A stretch of 25,637 nt of DNA from Candidatus Omnitrophota bacterium (GTDB taxonomy: Bacteria; Omnitrophota; Omnitrophia; Omnitrophales; Aquincolibacteriaceae). Where the stretch lies: positions 1 to 25,637 of the forward strand of contig JAZDJU010000008.1 in assembly GCA_043803685.1 (NCBI GenBank), read 5' to 3'. The position numbers were made by a program, and so were the translations under genes. Position 1 is the first letter of the stretch; each line of letters starts with the position of its first letter. The notes under the pieces are model-generated. The model saw nothing but the letters and a program-made list of their open reading frames with translations. It was not told the origin of the DNA and did not search any database. This document shows positions 8,970 through 16,843 of the stretch, in pieces.

Positions 8970-10722
8970 AACCCGGTTCAAAGGACTGCCGCTGAGTCCC
9001 GGAGTTTCCGTGGCGCGCGTGTGTCTTTTCAATGAAAAACGTCACATGAGCCTTCCCGTCGCGAATGTGACGCCCAAGGAAGTCCAGAACGAAGGCGATC
9101 GATTTCGCAGTGCCCTCGCGCTTGTGAAGGAAAAGCTCGCGCTCCTTATCAAGGAAGTAGAGGAACGCGTCGGGAAAGCGGAGTCCGAGATCTTTGTGGC
9201 CCAAAAAATGATCCTCGAAGACCCCCTGATGATCCAGAGGGTGACGGACCATATTCGCAGCAAGAACTTCAATGCTGAGAAAGCCGTCATTAGTTCGCTC
9301 GATTTTTTCGAAGAACAGCTTTCCGCAATGGATAACGCCTATATCCGTGAACGGGCCTCCGACATCGGCGAAGTGAAACGCCGGCTACTCGACGCGCTCG
9401 CCAACATGAGTCCGTCGTTTCAATGTGAAAGCGATTCCTTCTGCCAGAAGGGGAAGAACCGGATCGTCATCGCCCAGGAACTCACGCCGAGCCTTACGAT
9501 GGAGCTCAACACGGATTTTATCCGCGGATTCGTGACCGATCGCGGTGGCGTGGCGTCGCATGCGGCTATTTTGGCCCGCGCGCTCCGGATCCCGGCCGTG
9601 AGTGGCATCCCGGGGATCCATGACATGATCTTCTGCGGCACCGAGGTGCTCGTGAACGGCGATACCGGCGAAGTCGTGATCTGGCCAAGCAAGAAAACTC
9701 TCGAGGAATATCCTGACCTTCAACAGAAGGGCGCCGAAGAAATTCCTGCGGTGGAACCTGTCGCGGGGCTTAAGGTGTTCGCCAATCTGAATCTCGCGAA
9801 AAAAGTGAAGGAGGCTGTCGATCAAAAGGCGGAAGGCATCGGACTTTACCGGACGGAGTTCGAATTCTTTGCGGCAGGGAAGATCCTCCGCGAGGCGGAG
9901 CAATACGATCTTTATCTTGAAGTTCTGAAAGCCATGAAAGACAAACCGGTCTATTTCAGGATGCTGGACCTGGGCGCCGACAAGACCGCGGATTTTCTCA
10001 AGCTTCCCAAAGACCAGAATCCCGCGCTGGGTTTTCGGGGGAGCCGTCTTCTTCTGGGACATCCCGAGCTTTTCAGAAATCAGGCGAGAGCGCTTGCCCG
10101 CGCGTCCAAACACGGTCGCGTTCATGTGATGTATCCCATGGTGATCGACATCGAGCAATTCCGGAAGCTCAAAAAAGCCTTCGAAGAGGCGACCGGAGAT
10201 ATCTCCCAGGGCGAGATCAAGCACGGCTTGATGTTCGAAGTGCCTTCCGCCTGTCTCGATGCCGAGGAGATCCTTCGGGAGGCGGATTTTGGCAGCATTG
10301 GCACGAACGATCTGATCCAGTATCTCTTTGCCGTGGACCGCGACAATGAACTTGTCGCCTATGACCACCATCCGGACCGCAAGATCTTCTGGCAGCTGAT
10401 CCGCCACGTCGCGCATGCGGCCAGGAAACATCACAAACCTCTTTCAGTCTGTGGCGAACTGGCATCGAATCCCGGTCACGCAAGGCAGTTGCTTGCGGCA
10501 GGGATCCGCTCGGTCAGCGTGTCCGCCAAGATGATCCCGGGGCTGAGGATCGCGATCAAGAACAAGCCCAAGCTATCGAAAAAAGGACGTAGCCCTTTTT
10601 TCGCGAGAAACGCCGAACGGGCAACGCACCACGCAAAAGCTGAGAAAACGTTGCGCGTTGCGCGTCGTACGGTGAGTAAGAAGAAAATCAATTCCAGAAC
10701 AAGGCATCGAAACAGTCAATAA
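8944..10722 (+). CDS. ptsI: Phosphoenolpyruvate-protein phosphotransferase (PTS Enzyme I family)
   Basis: YIRERASDI, GGVASHAAILAR (phospho-His at 9559-9561), GIGLYRTEF, RMLDLGADK, NPALGFRG, MFEVPSA, SIGTNDLIQY, SVCGELA. Start moved to ATG 8944 (SD AAGGA at 8932-8936). Overlaps the Rrf2 gene by 26 nt. Confidence 0.92.
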   Translation: MAILQAGAETRFKGLPLSPGVSVARVCLFNEKRHMSLPVANVTPKEVQNEGDRFRSALALVKEKLALLIKEVEERVGKAESEIFVAQKMILEDPLMIQRVTDHIRSKNFNAEKAVISSLDFFEEQLSAMDNAYIRERASDIGEVKRRLLDALANMSPSFQCESDSFCQKGKNRIVIAQELTPSLTMELNTDFIRGFVTDRGGVASHAAILARALRIPAVSGIPGIHDMIFCGTEVLVNGDTGEVVIWPSKKTLEEYPDLQQKGAEEIPAVEPVAGLKVFANLNLAKKVKEAVDQKAEGIGLYRTEFEFFAAGKILREAEQYDLYLEVLKAMKDKPVYFRMLDLGADKTADFLKLPKDQNPALGFRGSRLLLGHPELFRNQARALARASKHGRVHVMYPMVIDIEQFRKLKKAFEEATGDISQGEIKHGLMFEVPSACLDAEEILREADFGSIGTNDLIQYLFAVDRDNELVAYDHHPDRKIFWQLIRHVAHAARKHHKPLSVCGELASNPGHARQLLAAGIRSVSVSAKMIPGLRIAIKNKPKLSKKGRSPFFARNAERATHHAKAEKTLRVARRTVSKKKINSRTRHRNSQ

Positions 10723-10735
10723 CGGGAGGTTTTTT

Positions 10736-12406
10736 ATGAGCATGTTTTGTTTTCAGTGTGAGCAGACGGCGAAAGGCAAAGGGTGCGATGTTCAAGGGGT
10801 TTGCGGGAAATCGCCGGAGGTGGCGACGTTGCAGGATCTTTTGATCCACGCCGCGAAAGGGATCGCGATCTACGCGGACATGGCACGGGAGATTGGGGTG
10901 AAAGACAAGCAGACGGATCTCTTTGTGATCGAGGCGCTTTTCGCGACGGTCACAAACGTGGATTTTGATGTCGAGCGATTGAAGGAAACTCTCGGGCGGG
11001 CTTACGCGGCCAAGGAAAAGATCAAAAAGCTGTTCCTGGAGGCTTACAAAAACAAGAACGGACGGGAATTTACCGGAGACCTTCCGACCGCCGCTTTCTG
11101 GAAACCCGCGGAAAATATTGCCGGGCTTTTCGAACAGGGCGCCAAGGTCGGCATTCTCTCCGACAAGACGTTAAATGAGGACATCCGCAGTCTCCGTGAG
11201 CTCCTTCTTTACGGGCTCAAGGGAATGGCGGCTTACGCGGATCACGCGCATGTGCTCGGGCGTGAGGATGAGGAAGTGGACGCGTTTTTCCATAAAGGGC
11301 TTCGCGCGATCACCAACGGCAGTCTGACGGTGAATGATCTCGTGGGACTCAATATGCAATTCGGGATGGTCAATCTCAAGTGTCTCGAGATCCTCGATAA
11401 AGCGCACACGGATCATTTCGGGCATCCGGTGCCGACGGGTGTGTCGCTCGGGGCGAAAAAAGGTCCCGCGATCCTCGTGTCGGGCCACGATCTTCTGGAT
11501 CTGGAGCAGCTCCTTCAGCAGACCGAAGGCAAAGGGGTGAATATCTACACGCATGGCGAAATGTTGCCGGCGCACGGATATCCGGGGCTCAAAAAGTACA
11601 AGCATCTCGTCGCCAATTACGGCGGCGCGTGGCAGGACCAGGCCAAGGAATTTGACGCTTTTCCGGGGGCGATCCTGATGACCACGAATTGCATCCAGCA
11701 ACCGCGCGAAAGTTACAAGGGCCGGATCTTCACGACGGGTCTTGTGGCGTGGCCGGGAGTGCAACATATCAACCCTGTGAATGGGAAAAAGGATTTTTCG
11801 GTCGTGATCAAGAAGGCGATCGAGGCGGGCGGTTTCCCGCAGGACATTCCCGCGAAGAACATTGTCGTGGGATTTGGTCACAACGCGGTGCTCGGAGTCG
11901 CTGACAAGGTTGTCGGCGCCGTGAAAGCGGGACTGATCAAGCATTTCTTCCTGGTGGGCGGCTGCGACGGCGCGAAACCCGGACGGAATTACTACACGGA
12001 TTTCGCTCAACAAGCGCCGAAGGACACCGTGATCCTGACCCTGGCGTGCGGCAAATACCGGTTCAACAAACTCGAGTTCGGGGACATTGGCGGCATTCCG
12101 AGGCTCCTCGATATGGGGCAGTGCAACGACGCCTATTCCGCGATCCAGGTGGCCGTGGCGCTTGCGAAGGCTTTCGGCTGCGGCGTGAACGATCTGCCGC
12201 TTTCGATGATCCTTTCCTGGTACGAGCAAAAGGCGGTCTGTATTCTGCTCACGCTTTTGTCGCTTGGGATCCAGAATATTCGCATCGGGCCTTCGCTCCC
12301 GGCGTTCGTGAGCCCCAACGTGCTCAAGGTGCTTGTCGAGAAATTCAATATCAAGCCCGTGACTACGGCCCAGGCCGACCTCGACGCGATTCTGGTAAAA
12401 AAGTAA
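10736..12406 (+). CDS. hcp: Hybrid cluster protein (hydroxylamine/NO reductase)
   Basis: MFCFQCEQT...GC...GVCGK (cubane ligands), SGHDL, YTHGEMLPAH, TTNC, GGCDG, LACGK, GQCND, SWYEQKA. SD GGGAGG at 10724-10729. Confidence 0.98.
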   Translation: MSMFCFQCEQTAKGKGCDVQGVCGKSPEVATLQDLLIHAAKGIAIYADMAREIGVKDKQTDLFVIEALFATVTNVDFDVERLKETLGRAYAAKEKIKKLFLEAYKNKNGREFTGDLPTAAFWKPAENIAGLFEQGAKVGILSDKTLNEDIRSLRELLLYGLKGMAAYADHAHVLGREDEEVDAFFHKGLRAITNGSLTVNDLVGLNMQFGMVNLKCLEILDKAHTDHFGHPVPTGVSLGAKKGPAILVSGHDLLDLEQLLQQTEGKGVNIYTHGEMLPAHGYPGLKKYKHLVANYGGAWQDQAKEFDAFPGAILMTTNCIQQPRESYKGRIFTTGLVAWPGVQHINPVNGKKDFSVVIKKAIEAGGFPQDIPAKNIVVGFGHNAVLGVADKVVGAVKAGLIKHFFLVGGCDGAKPGRNYYTDFAQQAPKDTVILTLACGKYRFNKLEFGDIGGIPRLLDMGQCNDAYSAIQVAVALAKAFGCGVNDLPLSMILSWYEQKAVCILLTLLSLGIQNIRIGPSLPAFVSPNVLKVLVEKFNIKPVTTAQADLDAILVKK

Positions 12407-12418
12407 AAGTCTGAAAAA

Positions 12419-12450
12419 AGGGGGTCAGGCACCGTGGTGCCTGACCCCCT
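12419..12450. terminator. Palindrome after hcp (terminator or REP-like element)
   Basis: AGGGGGTCAGGCACC-GT-GGTGCCTGACCCCCT: perfect 15-bp arms, preceded by an A-run and followed by CTTGCTT. Confidence 0.7.
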
Positions 12451-12455
12451 CTTGC

Positions 12456-12527
12456 TTCCCCCTTTGTAAAGGGGGAATGAGGGGGATTTTCAAATCTCCC
12501 CTTGCCCCTCTTTTAAAAAGAGGGGGA
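12456..12527. repeat. Inverted doublet of CCCCCTTTnnAAAGGGGG...AGGGGGATTT REP-like units
   Basis: TTCCCCCTTT-GT-AAAGGGGGAA (12456-12477), GGGGGATTT-TC-AAATCTCCC (12481-12500), CCCCTCTTTT-A-AAAAGAGGGG (12505-12525). The second unit is an imperfect reverse complement of the first. Confidence 0.75.
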
Positions 12528-12592
12528 TTACGGTATAAGCACTTGTGATTAGCTACTGCATGAAGTGTGATAGGCCCGGTATAGGGGAGTCC

Positions 12593-12621
12593 TTGATATG
12601 AAGGGCTTTCCATGGTGTAAT
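12593..12621 (+). promoter_or_regulatory. Putative internal sigma70 promoter for radical SAM-nadA-ilvD-ftn
   Basis: TTGATA at 12593-12598, 17-bp spacer, TGg-TGTAAT at 12613-12621. Confidence 0.4.
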
Positions 12622-12687
12622 ACGTGCCCGTCGAGCGGAATCCCCCGGAGAATGCCGCGACGGTTTTCTCTCAGATTGAGGCTTCAT

Positions 12688-13485
12688 ATGGAACAACCTA
12701 AGTATAAATACATTTACGGGCCCGTCTCTTCCTGGAGGCTGGGCCGTTCTCTTGGGATCGACCCCATTTCCTCGTTCCAGAAAACTTGTACGTTTGATTG
12801 TATGTATTGTCAGGCGGGGAAGACGGAATTTTTTTCCGACAGGCGCGAAGTTTTTGTTCCAACCGAAGCCCTGGTGCATGAATTGCGTTCCATGCCCGAC
12901 GTTCCCGTCGATTACATCACCTTCGCGGGGAACGGCGAACCGACTTTGGCAGCGAATCTCGGGGAAATGATCCGCGCGGTCAAAATGGTCCGTAATGAGA
13001 AAGTCGCGGTGATCACGAATTCTTCTTTGATCGATCGCAAGGACGTGGTCGAGGACCTGCTTCTGGCCGATCTCGTGGAGGCAAAGCTCGACGCGTCTTC
13101 TGCCGAGTCTTTCAATATAGTGAACCGGCCCATGTCGGAGATCCGCACGGAAGATATGGTGGCTGGGCTGAAGGCGTTCCGGGCGGTCTACCGCGGACAC
13201 CTGGTGCTTCAGGTGATGTTCGTGGCGAGCAACAAGCTGAGCGCTCCGGCGATGGCGAAACTTGCGCATGAGATCGGACCCAACGAGATCGAGATCAACA
13301 CACCGCTTCGGGCCTGTGCCGTGAAGCCGCTCTCGATCGAGGATATGGAAAGGATCACCGCGGTTTTTCGCGGGATCTGCGGCGACCAGATCAAAGTGCG
13401 GAGCGTGTACGAAGTTCAACGTGAAAAAAGCAAGCCATTCTGCGAGCCCTCGACCGAGCGTCGGCGCGTAAAAGAGGTTTTTTAA
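12688..13485 (+). CDS. Radical SAM protein of unknown function (COG0731-like, YGPVxSxRLGxSLG family)
   Basis: YIYGPVSSWRLGRSLGID, CTFDCMYC (CxxxCxxC at 12787-12810), TFAGNGEPTL, ITNSSL, KLDA. Start moved to ATG 12688 (GAGG at 12678-12681). Confidence 0.9.
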   Translation: MEQPKYKYIYGPVSSWRLGRSLGIDPISSFQKTCTFDCMYCQAGKTEFFSDRREVFVPTEALVHELRSMPDVPVDYITFAGNGEPTLAANLGEMIRAVKMVRNEKVAVITNSSLIDRKDVVEDLLLADLVEAKLDASSAESFNIVNRPMSEIRTEDMVAGLKAFRAVYRGHLVLQVMFVASNKLSAPAMAKLAHEIGPNEIEINTPLRACAVKPLSIEDMERITAVFRGICGDQIKVRSVYEVQREKSKPFCEPSTERRRVKEVF

Positions 13486-14496
13486 ATGAAAAATATTTCA
13501 AACGACGCAACCACGCAGGAACTTCTGGGACAGATCGCCCGTCTGAAAAAAGAGCGGGAGGCTGTGATCCTGGCGCATAATTATCAGGCGCCGGAGATCC
13601 AGGACCTCGCCGATTTTACCGGTGATTCGCTCGAGCTGAGCCGTATTGCGGCCAAGACGCCGGCGGAGGTGATCGTGTTCTGCGGCGTGAAATTCATGGC
13701 CGAAACCGCTTTTATCCTTTCGCCTAAAAAGACGGTCCTTCTTCCGGTGATGGAAGCCGGCTGTACGCTGGCCGATTACGCGACCGCCGAACAAGTCCGT
13801 GAAATGAAGAAGAAACATCCGGACGCGATCGTCGTGACCTACGTCAATAGCTCCGCCGAAGTAAAGGCGGAGACTGATGTTTGTTGCACCTCCGCAAACG
13901 CCGTCGAGATCGTTCGATCGATCAACAAAAACCGGCCGATCCTTTTTGTTCCGGATTACAATCTGGGGCACTATGCGGCCAAGATGACGGGGCGCGAGTT
14001 GATCCTTTGGGACGGTTGCTGTCCGACGCATGCGCTTCTGTCGACCTTCGCGGTCGCGAAGGCGAAGGATAAGTGGCCGAAGGCGCAGGTGATCATGCAT
14101 CCTGAATGCAAGCCCGCGACCCTGGAACTTGCCGATTTTGTGGGAAGCACTTCCGGGATGCTCAAGTACGTGAAGTCGCAGCCGGCCGGAACTTCTTTTG
14201 TCGTCGGGACCGAGGTCGGGTTGCTTCACCGGATGCAGAAAGAGAATCCGGATAAGATCTTTCATGTGGCTTCGGAATATTTGATCTGCCCCATGATGAA
14301 AATGATCACCTTGAAGGACGTCAAAGAGTCGCTTGAAAAAATGAAATATGTTGTGACTGTGGAAGAGGATGTTCGCGCGCGCGCCCAGGCGGCGGTCGAC
14401 GCGATGCTTCGCTACACGGGCGCGAGTCAGGAACCGGTGAAAGCACCGGCAGAAACGGAATTTTCCATAGGAACAGAAGAGGGAGGAGCGGTATGA
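13486..14496 (+). CDS. nadA: Quinolinate synthase A
   Basis: [59 protein letters not shown]; three [4Fe-4S] Cys present. Confidence 0.97.
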   Translation: MKNISNDATTQELLGQIARLKKEREAVILAHNYQAPEIQDLADFTGDSLELSRIAAKTPAEVIVFCGVKFMAETAFILSPKKTVLLPVMEAGCTLADYATAEQVREMKKKHPDAIVVTYVNSSAEVKAETDVCCTSANAVEIVRSINKNRPILFVPDYNLGHYAAKMTGRELILWDGCCPTHALLSTFAVAKAKDKWPKAQVIMHPECKPATLELADFVGSTSGMLKYVKSQPAGTSFVVGTEVGLLHRMQKENPDKIFHVASEYLICPMMKMITLKDVKESLEKMKYVVTVEEDVRARAQAAVDAMLRYTGASQEPVKAPAETEFSIGTEEGGAV

Positions 14497-16265
14497 GAAA
14501 AGCAGTGAATCCGGGGATCGCGGCGATCCAGAAGCACGGAAGCCGGGTGGTGGGTGAGGGCATGCACATGTTGCCGGCAGCGGGACTCATGGTGGCCGCG
14601 GGCGTTTTGGGGAACGTGACTGACCGGAAAAAGAAATTCGTGACCGTCATTAATTCTTATACGACGCACATCCCCGGACATGTTCATTTGAATATCCTGG
14701 GCGAAAAGCTCGTGGCCGCGCTCAAGGCCAAGGGTTACAACGTCTGGTACGCCAATATCGGCGCGGCGATCTGCGACGGCATTGCGATGGGACACTTCGG
14801 GATGAAATATTCCTTGCCCTCTCGCGAGTTGATCACCGACCAGATCGAAAGCATTGTGGGGGCACATCCCTGCGATGGCTGGATCGGGATCGGGAACTGC
14901 GACAAGATCGTCCCCGGGATGCTGAACGCCATGGTGCGTCTGAACATTCCGTCGGTCTACGTGAGCGGCGGGCCGATGCTGGCCGGCGCGAAGAAGACAG
15001 ACCTCATCACGATCTTTGAAGGCGTCGGAAGCGAAGCGGCGGGAAAAATGTCACCCGCCAAGCTGGAAGATCTCGCCAACACCGCGTGCCGCACTTGCGG
15101 CAGCTGCGCCGGCATGTTCACGGCCAATTCCATGAATTGCCTCGCGGAAGCGATCGGTCTTGCTCAGCCGGGGAATGGAACGATCCCCGCGGCGGTGTGG
15201 ACGGATGGAAGCAAAACTTCGTGGGCGGTGAACCCTGAGCGTATCAAGCTCGTGGAACAAGCGGCGGATACTTTGGAGAACGCGCTTCTCAATAACGTTC
15301 GGCCGCTCGATATCGTGACCAAAAAGTCGATCGATAACGCTTTTATCCTGGATCTCGCGATGGGAGGTTCGACCAACACGATCCTTCACACGTTGGCGCT
15401 GGCTTGCGAAGCGGGCATTACTTATCCGATCAAGCGACTGAATGAACTTGCGAAACTGACGCCCACGGTTTGTAAGGTATCGCCGTCGCGTCCGGAGATC
15501 CATCTCGAGGACGTTCACGTGAAAGGCGGGATCGCGGCTATTCTGAAGGCGGTTTCTCAAGGGAGCCGGGCGCCGCTCGACCTGGATCTTGAGACATGCG
15601 TCGGAAGTTTGCGGAACGTCGTGGAAAAAGCGCCGGCCCCGGACGGGGATGTGATCCGTTCCTGCGCGAACGCTTTCTCGAAAGAAGGCGGGCTCGCGAT
15701 CCTGTACGGGAATATCGCGCCGGAAGGTTCGGTCGTGAAGACGGCGGGTGTGGATAAGGAAATGATGCAGTTCACGGGGCGCGCGAAGTGCTACGACTCG
15801 CAGGAGAGCGCGCTTGAGGCTATCCTTAAAGGCAAGGTTGTGGACGGCGACGTGGTGGTGATCCGCTATGAAGGACCCCGGGGCGGTCCCGGAATGCAGG
15901 AAATGCTTTCACCGACTTCGGCTTTGAAAGGCCGGGGGATAAGAGCGGCGCTTGTCACCGATGGACGTTTTTCCGGCGGGACGCGCGGGCTTTGTATCGG
16001 CCACGTTTCTCCGGAAGCTGCCGCGGGAGGACCGATCGCGATCCTCAAGAACGGCGATACGATCACGATCGATGCCGCGAAAAGAACGATGAATGTCGAG
16101 TTGTCGGCAGGGGAGATCAAGAAGCGGCTCGCCAAGCGCAAGCCTTTTACGCCCAAGGTGACCGGCGGGTGGTTGGGCCGGTATGCCCTTCACGTGTTGA
16201 GCGCTCACACGGGCGCCGTAATGGATAATGTGATTTCAGTTTCGAAAAACAAAAAAAGGAGATAG
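14493..16265 (+). CDS. ilvD: Dihydroxy-acid dehydratase
   Basis: [76 protein letters not shown]. Overlaps nadA at ATGA. Confidence 0.96.
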   Translation: MRKAVNPGIAAIQKHGSRVVGEGMHMLPAAGLMVAAGVLGNVTDRKKKFVTVINSYTTHIPGHVHLNILGEKLVAALKAKGYNVWYANIGAAICDGIAMGHFGMKYSLPSRELITDQIESIVGAHPCDGWIGIGNCDKIVPGMLNAMVRLNIPSVYVSGGPMLAGAKKTDLITIFEGVGSEAAGKMSPAKLEDLANTACRTCGSCAGMFTANSMNCLAEAIGLAQPGNGTIPAAVWTDGSKTSWAVNPERIKLVEQAADTLENALLNNVRPLDIVTKKSIDNAFILDLAMGGSTNTILHTLALACEAGITYPIKRLNELAKLTPTVCKVSPSRPEIHLEDVHVKGGIAAILKAVSQGSRAPLDLDLETCVGSLRNVVEKAPAPDGDVIRSCANAFSKEGGLAILYGNIAPEGSVVKTAGVDKEMMQFTGRAKCYDSQESALEAILKGKVVDGDVVVIRYEGPRGGPGMQEMLSPTSALKGRGIRAALVTDGRFSGGTRGLCIGHVSPEAAAGGPIAILKNGDTITIDAAKRTMNVELSAGEIKKRLAKRKPFTPKVTGGWLGRYALHVLSAHTGAVMDNVISVSKNKKRR

Positions 16266-16268
16266 ACC

Positions 16269-16757
16269 ATGATCAGCGAAAAAATGAACAAGGCGATCAA
16301 CGAACAGATCAATAAGGAGCTTTTTTCCGCTTACATTTACACCGGGATGGCGGCCTACGCGGCGTCGCTCAGTCTGAACGGCATCGCGAACTGGTTCCAG
16401 ATCCAGACGAAGGAAGAGATCGAACATGCCGTGAAGTTCATGAAGTACATCAACGAACAGGGCGGGACGGTCACCCTTAAGGCGATCGCTGCGCCGGACC
16501 AGAAGTTCACGTCGGTGGCGGGTCTCTTTGAAGAAACCCTGAAACATGAAAAGATCATCACCTCTTCGATCAAAGGGCTAGTCGAACTCGCCAAAAAAGA
16601 AGGCGACGCGGCGACCGAGATCTTCCTCCAGTGGTATGTGACCGAACAGGTGGAAGAAGAAGCGAATCCGACCGAGATCCTGCAGAAGCTCGCGATTGGC
16701 GGCAAGACCGGAAGCTCGCTCCTGATCCTTGACGGGATCCTGGGGCAACGGAAGTAA
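16269..16757 (+). CDS. ftnA: Non-heme ferritin
   Basis: QINKELFSAYIY, EEIEHA, HEKIIT, FLQWYVTEQVEEE (ferroxidase centre residues). Confidence 0.94.
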   Translation: MISEKMNKAINEQINKELFSAYIYTGMAAYAASLSLNGIANWFQIQTKEEIEHAVKFMKYINEQGGTVTLKAIAAPDQKFTSVAGLFEETLKHEKIITSSIKGLVELAKKEGDAATEIFLQWYVTEQVEEEANPTEILQKLAIGGKTGSSLLILDGILGQRK

Positions 16758-16765
16758 CCTTTTTT

Positions 16766-16828
16766 GTCATCCCCGCAAGTTTTAAGCGGGGATCCAGACC
16801 AGGGTAGGCTTTAGCGGGAATGAATGAC
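16766..16828. repeat. GTCATCCCCGC...GCGGGGATCCAG REP-like palindrome with a degenerate inverted partner
   Basis: GTC-ATCCCCGC-AAGTTTTAA-GCGGGGAT-CCAG at 16766-16797, followed by the remnant half GCTTTAGCGGGAATGA(ATGAC). Confidence 0.65.
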
Positions 16829-16843
16829 GGAGGAAAGACGAAT

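Noticed and set aside
8944..10722. Calling the EI a nitrogen-PTS EI-Ntr (ptsP) or a pyruvate phosphate dikinase
   Set aside because: There is no N-terminal GAF domain and no ATP-grasp domain; the architecture is plain EI.
12419..12527. CRISPR array or tRNA in the palindromic region, and the 62-aa minus ORF 12425-12613
   Set aside because: There is no direct repeat-spacer periodicity, no cas gene and no tRNA motifs. The ORF is a translation of the repeat (PPLxRG).
12598..12687. N-terminal extension of the radical SAM ORF (likewise 6076, 8902, 16820, 18710 and 20538 for other genes)
   Set aside because: Downstream ATGs have proper SD spacing and coincide with the start of the family motifs.
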